Origin: a virus
Lineage: Duplodnaviria > Caudoviricetes
Reading direction: 5' to 3' (one strand)
IMG/VR virus record: IMGVR_UViG_3300013713_000001
Coordinates: 128,001-192,000 of that record
DNA: 64,000 nt
The notes beneath the pieces are model-generated. The model made no database searches. It was not told the origin of the DNA and worked only from the letters and a program-made list of their open reading frames with translations. The translations under genes were made by a program, and so were the position numbers. This document shows, in pieces, positions 20,516 to 30,573 of this stretch (its first letter is position 1; each line of letters opens with the position of its first letter).

Positions 20516-23442
20516 ACCTTACTCAAGAAGAATTGGAACGGTTGGCCGCTAACCCGATGCGGGGCATCAACCTCGTGGTTAACGGGATTGAGGATACCTA
20601 CTTCAACGGCCAGAAACAGATCAACAGCAAAGCCCACCCTGCGGTGTTGGCTATCAGCTTGATCCTTGGGACCACGAACAGTTTCTTTAACCGCTTGGCA
20701 GATGCGACGAGTGAGCTCCATCCAAAGCACGCTCGCAACATGAACCAGCTAAGCCGTAACACCAGCAGCCAGGAACTTTACGGCCTGTACGCTGATCCTG
20801 CGAACAGCATGCTGCTCTTTGCGCTCTCACTGGAAACCTTTAAAGGTCTGGCCCGTGATCGGGTAGAACAACAGGGCAACCTGTCGGTGACCTACAAAGA
20901 GATGCTGATTCCGAAAGACACGATCATCCCAATCAATGGTTATGACTTTGCCATCATGAACGGGATCAAGATCATGTATAACGAGCGCAGCGGCTGGAAC
21001 GTGATCTACGATGCGGACACGAACAACCCGCTCCGTGAGATCACGACAAACCTGCTGCGTTACGAGTTCAAGCTTGCTAATGATGTCGAATACCTGATGG
21101 TCTACATCCCTGTGTTGCAGATGAGCTGCAAGGGTATCGAGAACATTACCTCGAACTCGGCGTCGGGGTGCTCTGGTTCGTACAACTACACGGACCACCT
21201 GTACGGCATCCGAGCCTTCCTTGTTACAAGCACAGGAATGAAGGAGATTGAGGTCAGCTACAACCGGGCAGTGTTTGATCCACTGCGAGTAACTCTGGCC
21301 TGTGATCTGGACACCGTTAACAAGCGGGTGGACTACGAGATCCCTGACGTCTACATCGCCAACGGCCTGGGTGTTGGCAGTGTTCGGATCTACACCTACA
21401 CCACCAAGGGTGCCCTGGTAAAGGACCTGATGGACATCTCGGCGGGTTCGATTGTTCCGAACTACCAGGATTACCGTTACGGGATGGGAAACCTGAACGA
21501 ATACTCTGCGCCACTGCGCAATGCCAGTAATGTGGTGTGGCAAGCCGCTGAGGGGGTTCGAGGGGGTCGTAACCCTACATCGTTTATCGAGATGAAGCAG
21601 CGGGTCATTGACGGTCGGCAGATCCGTACGTTACCGATCACTGAAAAGAACGTGGAAGGGATCGCACTGAACAATGGTTACGGCTCGGTTCTGGTGATCG
21701 ACTACGTGACCGGTCGACAGTACGCGCTGAGCGGGGAACTGCCTTACCAGTCGAACAAAGACTTCCTCGCACCGATGAGCTGTTACGTCGGAAGTCACCT
21801 GTCGTCGATTGAAGACATGCTTGGCAGTGGGGTGGCCAAAGACAACGGCGATCGCATCACGATCCCAAACAACGTACTCTTTGACATCTCTAACCCTACG
21901 TCGCAATTGGTCAACAGCTACAACAAGTCACGCTATCTCCAGATGACTCCAGAGCAGAAGGTGGACTTGTTGGGAAACACCACCCTTGTCTACACACCGT
22001 TCTATTACGTTGTGGATGTGACCGACAACCAGGCTTCGCTGCGAACCTACAACCTGGACACTCCAACGGTTAACGTCCAGCGTTATATACGTAACAACCC
22101 AGCGTTGGGCCTTGGGGTGGGTGTGGGCAGTTTGGCTATTGAACATCGGGAAGACGGTTACACCATCTACCTGACCACAAAGTCGGACAATGCCTACAAG
22201 CAGCTCATCAACGAGCAGTTGGGCATCCAGTTGTCGATCACCCCACCCGAAACCAGTCAGACTGCGAACCTTGCGGGTAAACTTGTCTCGGTCACCGGTG
22301 ACGGTGAACGTAACTGGGAGTTCTACCTCGACAGCCGTTTCGATGTGGACTTGAACGACCTCATCTACTTCAACAGCTTTAACCAGTTCGGGTCGAAGCA
22401 GGATCAGGTTCGTTGCTCGCTCAGTACCGAGTTGACCTTTATCTTCTGTGTTGAAGGTGACCAGGACAGCACGCAGTCGTTGCTTGATCCCAAGATTGAC
22501 GAAAGTCTCTTCCGCGAGGAAATGGTAGGGATCCTTGAAACGACGTACAGCGTGACCTTTGGTAAACGTCTGGCAAACATGTACAGCCGTATTCGTCCCC
22601 TGATTGGTGAAGCCCAGTACAAGCGCTATGACGTGGATGTTCCGGCTACCTATGACACCACGAAGTACAAGCGTGTCAACGGTGAGGTCGTCTTTGACAG
22701 CAAAGGTAAAGCGGTGGTCGAGTACCGGGCTGGCGACATCATCTACGAGAAAGATGGAGTCACCCCTACCTTGAAGTACCGGGCGGGTATCGATATCGTG
22801 ATGGAGAACGGTAAGCCTGTTGAGTTGGAGCCGCGTAAGAAGAAGTACCATTGGGACTTTGTGGCCTTTGATGGTAACTACTTCTTCAGCAAGGATGATT
22901 ACGATCTGGAGTTTGCACGGGACACGAAGCGTTACTTTGCGGAGACCATTACCGGTGACATGGAACGACTGTCGGCTGAAACCCTTGACCTGACTAAGTT
23001 GTTCTTCCAACCGAAAAGCAAACTTGGTTTCCAACGGGTGGTGATCAACAGCAACTATGAAGGGGTGCTGCGTCAAGACCTCTCCTTTGTTGTGACGTAT
23101 TACCTCAGTGAATCTGGGATGCGTAACCAGGCCCTGAAAACAGCCTTGGCAGCCAGTGACCCTAAACAACTGAACTTGGGCTTACTGAACAAGACTACAA
23201 TCTCTACGGAGATGCTGACAAAGCAGGTCAGTTCGGCGAACACGAGCGAAGAAGTGATTGCTGTAAAACTCAGTGCTGTTTCCGGAGACAGTACCGTTGA
23301 CGTCATCAGTAACTTGGATGACCTGACGGGGTTCAGTATCCGTAAGCGTCTCGAGTTGAGCAGTGATGGGTTGCTGGGGATCAAGGAGTCGGTTGAAACG
23401 ATCTTTATGCCTCACGATGTACGCATGCGCGCAACCGTTTAA
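20467..23442 (+). CDS. Large baseplate wedge-like structural protein (phiKZ gp87-like)
   Basis: About 976-991 aa; YTTKG and GGRN...E..QR motifs resemble gp6/BaseplateJ wedge proteins; probable start 20512 (ATGA overlap). Confidence 0.55.
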   Translation: MDQPTDYGTGILGKSMNLTQEELERLAANPMRGINLVVNGIEDTYFNGQKQINSKAHPAVLAISLILGTTNSFFNRLADATSELHPKHARNMNQLSRNTSSQELYGLYADPANSMLLFALSLETFKGLARDRVEQQGNLSVTYKEMLIPKDTIIPINGYDFAIMNGIKIMYNERSGWNVIYDADTNNPLREITTNLLRYEFKLANDVEYLMVYIPVLQMSCKGIENITSNSASGCSGSYNYTDHLYGIRAFLVTSTGMKEIEVSYNRAVFDPLRVTLACDLDTVNKRVDYEIPDVYIANGLGVGSVRIYTYTTKGALVKDLMDISAGSIVPNYQDYRYGMGNLNEYSAPLRNASNVVWQAAEGVRGGRNPTSFIEMKQRVIDGRQIRTLPITEKNVEGIALNNGYGSVLVIDYVTGRQYALSGELPYQSNKDFLAPMSCYVGSHLSSIEDMLGSGVAKDNGDRITIPNNVLFDISNPTSQLVNSYNKSRYLQMTPEQKVDLLGNTTLVYTPFYYVVDVTDNQASLRTYNLDTPTVNVQRYIRNNPALGLGVGVGSLAIEHREDGYTIYLTTKSDNAYKQLINEQLGIQLSITPPETSQTANLAGKLVSVTGDGERNWEFYLDSRFDVDLNDLIYFNSFNQFGSKQDQVRCSLSTELTFIFCVEGDQDSTQSLLDPKIDESLFREEMVGILETTYSVTFGKRLANMYSRIRPLIGEAQYKRYDVDVPATYDTTKYKRVNGEVVFDSKGKAVVEYRAGDIIYEKDGVTPTLKYRAGIDIVMENGKPVELEPRKKKYHWDFVAFDGNYFFSKDDYDLEFARDTKRYFAETITGDMERLSAETLDLTKLFFQPKSKLGFQRVVINSNYEGVLRQDLSFVVTYYLSESGMRNQALKTALAASDPKQLNLGLLNKTTISTEMLTKQVSSANTSEEVIAVKLSAVSGDSTVDVISNLDDLTGFSIRKRLELSSDGLLGIKESVETIFMPHDVRMRATV

Positions 23443-23450
23443 ACGTTAGC

Positions 23451-23485
23451 CTACCCTACCCAGCCCGCAAGGCTGGGTAGGGTAG
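23451..23485. terminator. Bidirectional terminator hairpin
   Basis: CTACCCTACCCAGCC-CGCAA-GGCTGGGTAGGGTAG between convergent genes. Confidence 0.8.
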
Positions 23486-23495
23486 TTACTGACGC

Positions 23496-24206
23496 TTATG
23501 CAGGCTCGAAGTCGTCGAGGTAATCCGAGAACAGGCCAACCAGCTGGACCATTCCAACCAGTTGACTGGCCTTGTAGTTCACGAAGCCCAGACGCATGTC
23601 ACTGTTGTTGAGGGAATCCAGCAGCGACTCCTTCAACTTGGCTTGTGACTTACGAATAAACTCACCGTAGTCCACGAGCAACAGGTAGTCACCGTTTTCC
23701 ACACTTACGCTTTCTTCGGTGACGTCTTTCCACGACTTGATCTGACCTTTCTGCAGCGCTTCCGAGTCAGGGTACCAGAACAGGTCACGGACGTAATCAG
23801 CAAAGCGCGCAGGCTCCTTACGGAACGCATTGTACTTCTCGATTGCTTCCGGGTCGTTCAGGCCCATATCGTTGATCTGCTTATAGATCGTTGTTACCTT
23901 TTCGATGATTTCCGGAAACGCCTTCTCGAAGAACTCGAGCGTTTGTGGAATCGACATCAGCATCGACACCTTGCCGGTGAACGGGGTGTTGAGGATGACG
24001 TTACCGTTACGCTCGGGAAACTCGGTGGAGAGTTCCGTCTTGATCCGCATCGCCTCGGCAGGGGTCCAGAGGTTGTCGACGATCTCGTAAGCCACCGAGA
24101 TAGGACAGCTCTTTTGCAGGCGCTCCATAATCCCGTCACTGACAGACTTGAGGTCTTGGAGTTCCTTGAGTGCGTTGGCTTTGAACTGACGAATTTCAGG
24201 AGTCAT
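23496..24206 (-). CDS. Hypothetical protein
   Basis: 236-aa ORF coupled to the upstream gene. Confidence 0.7.
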   Translation of the reverse strand: MTPEIRQFKANALKELQDLKSVSDGIMERLQKSCPISVAYEIVDNLWTPAEAMRIKTELSTEFPERNGNVILNTPFTGKVSMLMSIPQTLEFFEKAFPEIIEKVTTIYKQINDMGLNDPEAIEKYNAFRKEPARFADYVRDLFWYPDSEALQKGQIKSWKDVTEESVSVENGDYLLLVDYGEFIRKSQAKLKESLLDSLNNSDMRLGFVNYKASQLVGMVQLVGLFSDYLDDFEPA

Positions 24207-25720
24207 ATCGTCCTACCCATCCCAGTGTCTTTAACGAAGTTGTTGTACACCGACTTCAGGTTACCGATGTCCTTGTCAAGGATCTCCTTCGAGGTGACCC
24301 CAAACTTCTCCATAAAGGTCTTGGCGTCCGCATCGTCGATAAACTCGAACTGTACGGTCGGAGACCCGTCGGGAGCCATCATCGGGTTAGCCCCGTGAGC
24401 CGCTGCCTCGAGGTTCAGCTTGCGCAGGGTTTCGAGGTCGTCGAGCAGAGCATGGTAGAACCACAGATGACCGCGGACATGCCAGCGCACGAGGTTGTCG
24501 ATCTGACGACCCACAAGGGAGAGCTGACGGGTCACCACCTGGCAGAACTGGGTGTAGTTGCGCACCGCTACTGCAACTGCCTGGTATTCCGCCACAAGGG
24601 TAGGTGCACCGTAGTGATCACCGATGGCCTTTACCTTGTCCGCATCCGACTTCTCGATAGCGGTACCGAGTTGACGGAAGTTGATCCCCGACATGTCAAC
24701 GGTGTTGTCCGAGATCGTAGCCGCTCGTGCGTTCAGGCCCTGAATACTCGTCATGAGATCGGCAACGTTGCTCTTGCTTAGCTGGACGCTGTGCTGGACA
24801 ACCACGGTATCCAGTTCCTTACGCACCTTCGCAAAGCCATTGGTCAGCTCGTCATTGCTAAAGCTCACCTTGTACAGCTTCGACAAGAGGTCTGCCACCA
24901 GCGGAACAACGCTCGAGGCGGTAACCGAGGTGGTAGCTTCCGCGCATTCCTTCAGGATACGAATCACTTCAGGAGACGACGTCCAGTTCAAGGTTTCGTT
25001 GTTCGCCCGGCGTACACGGGTCTTCTGGAACTCCTCGCCGATTGCCTTCTTGAGGTTGGCAAATGCACGGACGGCTTTGTTCGAAGACTTCGTCAGTTCA
25101 CCAATGGTCTGTTGGAACAACGGCAAGGCCAGGCCGAGTCCCTCAATGGCTTCCTTGTCCGTTTCGAACTTGGTCTTCATTACCGAGAGTTGACCCAGAC
25201 GATCCACACCGTTTGGTAACTTGCCGATGAAGTGTTCCAGTCGGTAATCTTTCCCCGGGAACCCAAGACCATTGAGGACCTGTTCGAACTCGGTCTTCAG
25301 GTTGTCGAGCTTGCTATCAACCACCTTTTCGATCCGCTCGCTCTTACGGAATCCAAAGATCCCTTTGACTGTACTGGCCACCCAATCAATGGCCATGCGG
25401 ATGTACTTGATGATGTTCTCGATAAAGGTCTGGAAACCTTCATAGACCGTGGCAAAGAAACCTTCCGCACCAAGGACGGCGTTGCGCTCAGACGGGTACG
25501 AGTCCATTTGGGTATAGGACTCGACCCCGAGAACGGCAGCCAGCTTGCGATCGAGACGGTTGAGGGAGAGCGACTCCAGGCCTTGCACCATATGGTCGGC
25601 TTTACCCTGCTCGGTTTCAACGTAGAGCTCGTCGAGGTCTACCAGCTGACCGCTTTCCCCAGGTTGCCACTGGTTGACCGGATCGCTCTTTTGCAGGTAC
25701 GCGCTCAGTGGACTACTCAT
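24203..25720 (-). CDS. Inner-head protein (paralog family)
   Basis: QGLE, LGVE and LGAE sites, then GFFATVYEGFQTFIENIIKYIRMAIDWV. Confidence 0.65.
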   Translation of the reverse strand: MSSPLSAYLQKSDPVNQWQPGESGQLVDLDELYVETEQGKADHMVQGLESLSLNRLDRKLAAVLGVESYTQMDSYPSERNAVLGAEGFFATVYEGFQTFIENIIKYIRMAIDWVASTVKGIFGFRKSERIEKVVDSKLDNLKTEFEQVLNGLGFPGKDYRLEHFIGKLPNGVDRLGQLSVMKTKFETDKEAIEGLGLALPLFQQTIGELTKSSNKAVRAFANLKKAIGEEFQKTRVRRANNETLNWTSSPEVIRILKECAEATTSVTASSVVPLVADLLSKLYKVSFSNDELTNGFAKVRKELDTVVVQHSVQLSKSNVADLMTSIQGLNARAATISDNTVDMSGINFRQLGTAIEKSDADKVKAIGDHYGAPTLVAEYQAVAVAVRNYTQFCQVVTRQLSLVGRQIDNLVRWHVRGHLWFYHALLDDLETLRKLNLEAAAHGANPMMAPDGSPTVQFEFIDDADAKTFMEKFGVTSKEILDKDIGNLKSVYNNFVKDTGMGRTI

Positions 25721-26156
25721 GGTGAGCCACCACTTCTTTGTAGAGGTAGTTCAGAAGCACGCTGAACAGTTCGTTGTCCGTGGCAACAAACTTCGCATGC
25801 ACTACCTGGCCCTCGGTGTCGTGGGTCTCGACATCGAAGACGAGTTCGTAGGTACTTGCCGGCGACACCACGCCGCTGTTCGACAGCTCCTTATGGAGGG
25901 TGGCCAGGCGGCTACGGGCCGACTCGAAGATGAAGCGAGCGTTGATCGGGAACACCGAGTTCCAGGTGTCCATCTGTTCCCAGATGGTCTCTTCGGTGAC
26001 CGTCGAGAAATGGAAGGTGTTGTTGATCTTGCAGTTGTACATCACCAGCGCGCGGATGAAGGCTTCTTGCACGGCCGTGGTCTGCTTGGCATTGCAGGTA
26101 ACCCCCTGATCACCCAGGAAGCTGATGTAGTCGACAACGTGTTTGAGATGGGACAT
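25713..26156 (-). CDS. Hypothetical protein
   Basis: 147-aa ORF in the operon. Confidence 0.65.
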   Translation of the reverse strand: MSHLKHVVDYISFLGDQGVTCNAKQTTAVQEAFIRALVMYNCKINNTFHFSTVTEETIWEQMDTWNSVFPINARFIFESARSRLATLHKELSNSGVVSPASTYELVFDVETHDTEGQVVHAKFVATDNELFSVLLNYLYKEVVAHHE

Positions 26157-26160
26157 GAGG

Positions 26161-27534
26161 TTACACTCCTTTCAGGCGTTCAGCCAAAACAGTCATTTCG
26201 TTGTTGTTGAGGGCTTGGGTAAAATGCTCGATCTCACGGAACTTGAAGTCGCTCCCAGAGAAGACCCAGCCCATGGCGCGATAGACAAAGGTGTTCTCGT
26301 ACCACTTGTGGCTACTTTCCAGAATCTTCAGCATCTCGGCAACGTCATTGACCAGTTTGCTGCGTTCTGTCGCAGGGAGACCTTTGCACTCCTTGATCTT
26401 GGCGATCATCTGCCGAACGGCATCTTCCATGCGGCGGATGTCTGAGTTGTACACCCCCGAGAAAGCAGGACTGAAGTAGTACATGAGCGAGGTGATGGCT
26501 CCTGCCGCTACCATTGCACCGAGCAGGAGGGGCAGGCTGACAGCAGTCCCGGTCAACCAGACAGGAATCATGACGACGTACCCGGCATAGAGTCCAGCCA
26601 TGCAGCTCACTGCAATATTGCTCAGGAAGCTGGAAACAACGCCGTGAGTGGTGAGAACACCGATAGCCGCTACCATGGCCTTACCGCAACCCATGCGGAT
26701 CGCGTACATGTCTGCCACGACCTCAGAGGTCATCTCGGGAACCCCTACCGAGAGTGCACGCTGGCTGTTACGCTGAGCGGTCATCTTTGTGTAGTACATG
26801 AGGAAGGATTCATCGTTGGCCTGCTTGGCGAACTCCATGAGCTCGTCAGCCTTTGGTGTCTTCAACCCCAGCAAGGTCGCAGCGTCTTTCAGAACCACCA
26901 CACGTTCTTCATCACGACGGCAGTTGCGGTAGGCCGCGATGGAAGCCTGGGCCACCACGTTGTCCTGGAAGCAGGTCAGCATCATCATGCAACCCGAGAA
27001 GGCATGCCCGAGCTCATGGGTAATACCTGCCGCCAACAATTCCTCGGGGGTGGTGTTCCAACGCTTGGTGGCACTCTCCCCAAAGTAGTCGGTGATCCTT
27101 ACGTTAATGCCAAGCTCGAGCGGTATCGTCTTGAACGATCCACCGACACGTCCGGTGCTGTAGTTGACCGAACCCTTAAAGATCTTGTCTTTGTTCTGAG
27201 CGAACCAACGGTAAATAGTCGTTTCGGTACTGTCGAGCCAATACTCTACACCCTTACTGTTCAGCACATGACCTGGAGCGAAGTAACCTGTGTCCATGTA
27301 CAGGTTGCCATCTTCCATGAAATTCACGTTGATGTTTTCAAAACCCGTGTAATCTTTGATGACTTTAAGAAGAGGATCCAGAACGGTTTTCTGCAATACG
27401 GGAGTCTTGGTCGCGTAACTCATGTGCTCCTTGATAACGCTGACCAATGTTACGTAAAAGCTGTCGTTCTGGAACTGCATAAACTCCAAACCAGCTACTT
27501 GCTCCTTTTGAACAAGAAAGTTCATGTCAATCAT
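26161..27534 (-). CDS. Putative membrane-associated zinc metallopeptidase, virion head protein
   Basis: HELGH, downstream EVVADMYA (M48-like third ligand), hydrophobic segments around aa 285-355, N-terminal AGLE site. Confidence 0.6.
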   Translation of the reverse strand: MIDMNFLVQKEQVAGLEFMQFQNDSFYVTLVSVIKEHMSYATKTPVLQKTVLDPLLKVIKDYTGFENINVNFMEDGNLYMDTGYFAPGHVLNSKGVEYWLDSTETTIYRWFAQNKDKIFKGSVNYSTGRVGGSFKTIPLELGINVRITDYFGESATKRWNTTPEELLAAGITHELGHAFSGCMMMLTCFQDNVVAQASIAAYRNCRRDEERVVVLKDAATLLGLKTPKADELMEFAKQANDESFLMYYTKMTAQRNSQRALSVGVPEMTSEVVADMYAIRMGCGKAMVAAIGVLTTHGVVSSFLSNIAVSCMAGLYAGYVVMIPVWLTGTAVSLPLLLGAMVAAGAITSLMYYFSPAFSGVYNSDIRRMEDAVRQMIAKIKECKGLPATERSKLVNDVAEMLKILESSHKWYENTFVYRAMGWVFSGSDFKFREIEHFTQALNNNEMTVLAERLKGV

Positions 27535-27613
27535 GAAGACGCTCCAGAGTAAAAAGTGACTCAGATTGCTATTAATATAGCGTCCAAGTAGGCATAAAAT
27601 GCGGAACTAGGAA

Positions 27614-29467
27614 ATGACTCAAAGCACTGCAGCACTCTTATATCCGGTTACTGAAAACACATCGCCTATCATTGCCAAGGTCTGTAAAAACGCCACGTAT
27701 TCGATGAGCAAGTTGGGTAAAGAAGACCTGACCGCTGTTAAGATCACCAATATTCATGAAGACCAGACCCGCAGTGATTCGTTTATTGCCATCAAGAACT
27801 ACAAGCAACCTGTTTGGTTAGTTAAACCCGAGCGTCGGTTATTCGAACAACATAAAGACTACATTGAGATGTCGGCGGTTCGGGAGTACCGTCTTCCTCG
27901 GTGTCAGATCCCGTTCATGGTCAAGAAGCAGCTCTTTGGTGCACTTGATCACGGAGCGAAGATACAGGACATTGTTAACAACCAATATGTCTTTGGTTTG
28001 GACCAGACACCACCGGTCCACATCAAGTACGCCTTCTTCAAGAAGTACGGGGAGTACCAGGAAAAGGAACCGTACTCGGTCGCCTCGTTTGACGTTGAAG
28101 CCGACATGGAATGGGAAGACGACGCCACCCGTCCAATGATCATGGCCGCATTGACCATGAAGGACAAAGCGTACTTTGCAGGGGTCCGTAAGTTCTACAA
28201 GGAGGAGAACGGTCGTCAACCGAGTGATGAAGAAATCATTCGTCGACTAAAAGAGTCAGAAGACAAGTACCTTGCAAAACACAAGGTCGAGCGTAATGCT
28301 CACAACATTGTGTATGAGCTCTTTGATACACCGGGTCAGGTTGCGAAAGCCATGCTTGACATGTTCCACCACTGGGGACCTGACTGGGTCACGAGCTGGA
28401 ACGCCGAGTACGACATGAAAGCCATGGAACGGGCGCTGGATGCAGAGGGGTACAACCTTGATGACGTCTACTGCGACCCAAGTATTCCTCAGGAGTTTCG
28501 TTTCTACAAGCTTGACCTCGGTCGGACTCACAAGATCAAGGAGGACGGTAGCAGCAGTCCGTTGGACCCTCAAGAGAAGTGGCCGACGGTGCGCTGTATG
28601 GCCAAGTGGAAGTGGGTTGACTACATGTCCTTCTTCTGCATTAAGCGTCAGCCTGTCGACGGCAAGCAGCCTGACACGTCTCTGGAAGGTTGTGCTAAGG
28701 CAGTAGGGGTAAGCGGTAAGCTCTACACTGAAGAGGGTGCTCACCTGCTCCCAGGAACACCTCAGTGGCACCGTTACATGCAGAAGAAGTATCCCTACTT
28801 GTACTCCAGTTATTGCATCTGTGACAACTGGGTTATTGAGTACATTAACGATAAGACAAATGACTTGACCCTGTCGTTGGGGATGTTGTTGAAGTATTCG
28901 GAGTTCTTTAACTATGCATCGCAGCCTAAGGTTATCTCGGACACGATCAGCTTTGTAGCCCGGGATAATGGCTTTGCATGGGGCAGTACTCCTCGTAAGC
29001 GGGATACCAGCTTTACTGAGCAGATGCAGAGCCTTAAGAACTGGATTGCGCTCCTCGACACTGAGAAGAACGCAACCGTGGGTTATACACTCTTTGAAGG
29101 GCTCTCTGACGTGTACAGTCAGGGTCGGCGGATGAACGACGACATTGACGTAGAGGGCGCGTATCCTCACGGTGGTTTAGCAGGTAACGTTAGTAACCGC
29201 ACCACCCAGTTGGAAACTCTCCAGATCCAGGGTGCTGATGCTAACAAGTTCAGGGAGATTGGTGTTAACTTTGCCAGCAGCGCAGAGGCCAACGCTATTG
29301 GACTGTGTCACTCACTGTTCAACTTCCCGGAAGCCGATAAACTGAAAGAGACCTTTGAACGTATCCTGAAAGAGCAGGGTAAAGAAGAACTGCTGCAAGA
29401 GATCCAATCCGGCAAGAAACCTCGTAAGACCTTTAGCAACAAAGAGTTCTTTAACGAAGCTGCTTAA
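27614..29467 (+). CDS. DNA polymerase B, 3'-5' exonuclease plus motif-A subunit (phiKZ gp82-like)
   Basis: ExoI FDVEAD, ExoII SWNAEYDM, ExoIII YCICDN, palm motif A-like DIDVEGAYP. Confidence 0.8.
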   Translation: MTQSTAALLYPVTENTSPIIAKVCKNATYSMSKLGKEDLTAVKITNIHEDQTRSDSFIAIKNYKQPVWLVKPERRLFEQHKDYIEMSAVREYRLPRCQIPFMVKKQLFGALDHGAKIQDIVNNQYVFGLDQTPPVHIKYAFFKKYGEYQEKEPYSVASFDVEADMEWEDDATRPMIMAALTMKDKAYFAGVRKFYKEENGRQPSDEEIIRRLKESEDKYLAKHKVERNAHNIVYELFDTPGQVAKAMLDMFHHWGPDWVTSWNAEYDMKAMERALDAEGYNLDDVYCDPSIPQEFRFYKLDLGRTHKIKEDGSSSPLDPQEKWPTVRCMAKWKWVDYMSFFCIKRQPVDGKQPDTSLEGCAKAVGVSGKLYTEEGAHLLPGTPQWHRYMQKKYPYLYSSYCICDNWVIEYINDKTNDLTLSLGMLLKYSEFFNYASQPKVISDTISFVARDNGFAWGSTPRKRDTSFTEQMQSLKNWIALLDTEKNATVGYTLFEGLSDVYSQGRRMNDDIDVEGAYPHGGLAGNVSNRTTQLETLQIQGADANKFREIGVNFASSAEANAIGLCHSLFNFPEADKLKETFERILKEQGKEELLQEIQSGKKPRKTFSNKEFFNEAA

Positions 29468-29475
29468 CAGCCATA

Positions 29476-29510
29476 ACCCCTACCCCAGCCCGCAAGGCTG
29501 GGGTAGGGGT
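29476..29510. terminator. Bidirectional terminator hairpin
   Basis: ACCCCTACCCCAGCC-CGCAA-GGCTGGGGTAGGGGT, nearly identical to the 23451 hairpin. Confidence 0.8.
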
Positions 29511-29523
29511 ACAGGTTTGCTAC

Positions 29524-30561
29524 TTAGTAGCCAAAGGCTTTGTTACCAGCTTTCAACAGCGATTTGCACGCAGCGATCAGTTCTTTGCTGACCCGGGCCA
29601 GGGCGCCGATGCAGGTAAGGCCGTGTTTCAATGGCGGGATACCTTTCTTGGCTTCCGCATCGTCACCGGACTCGATCTGCTTCAGTGCTTTATCCAGATG
29701 CCCTTTGAGCGCTACGAGGTCCTTGTAGCTGTCCTCGGTCATGTCGAGGTTCTGGTTGACCAAGGTGTAGCAGTCCTTCATGTCGGCTACCGAGCCGCTG
29801 TCTTTCGCGTTACGGAACCGAGAAGCCAACGTATCGACTTCAGCACGGAAACGCTTGGCGTCCGAGGCCAGAGCTTGGTGGAGCTCGTCACCTGGATGAC
29901 TCTGCGAAGCTTCCAGAATGGTGCCGTAGGCGCGCGACATCAGTTCCAGGTGCTTGGTAACGTCACCGAGCTTCTTCTTGAAGGTGTTTTGCGAACGCTT
30001 GTTCAGCTTGGGCAGTTCGCGCCCGATCATCAGAACGGCTTTCTTCTTCTCGGGCTGGCTGGCCTTCATGGCTTCGTCAGCTTCTTTCAGGATCTGATCG
30101 AGAGCGGACTTGTTCACGTCGGGTTCATGGGTCAGCGCCAGGGCCACTTTGCGCAGGTTCGTCAGCGCTTTAGTGGTTTCCTGTTCGGTGCTACCACCGG
30201 TTTCGATGACCTTCAGAACTTCAGCAGCTTCTTTCACTTCTTCCTTCGCTTCGGTGAGCAGCTTGGGCGCGTCACGCTTGAGGAAGAAGTCCCAGATCGA
30301 GGTGAACATCTTCTTGATGTAGGCAATGGCGGCCTTGAAACCATCACCGACCTTACCCATGAAGCCTTCCTGACCGACTTGGTTACGACGAACGTAACCG
30401 TTGGCAACCAGCACCGAGCCGAGGTACACCTGGGCAGAGGTCAGGCTTTCGGTCCCCGCAACCTGGTTCAGGGAATCGCTCATCCCGTCCAGGATTTCAC
30501 TGACGTGCTCCGGCTCAGGAATCCCCGTGTCCAGATCGTCTTCGAACATTTCTTCATTCAT
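29524..30561 (-). CDS. Inner-head protein (paralog family)
   Basis: Acidic leader, AGTESLTSAQVYL, VGQE then GFMGKVGDGFKAAIAYIKKMFTSIWDFF. Confidence 0.7.
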   Translation of the reverse strand: MNEEMFEDDLDTGIPEPEHVSEILDGMSDSLNQVAGTESLTSAQVYLGSVLVANGYVRRNQVGQEGFMGKVGDGFKAAIAYIKKMFTSIWDFFLKRDAPKLLTEAKEEVKEAAEVLKVIETGGSTEQETTKALTNLRKVALALTHEPDVNKSALDQILKEADEAMKASQPEKKKAVLMIGRELPKLNKRSQNTFKKKLGDVTKHLELMSRAYGTILEASQSHPGDELHQALASDAKRFRAEVDTLASRFRNAKDSGSVADMKDCYTLVNQNLDMTEDSYKDLVALKGHLDKALKQIESGDDAEAKKGIPPLKHGLTCIGALARVSKELIAACKSLLKAGNKAFGY

Positions 30562-30573
30562 CGCGAGGGTTCC

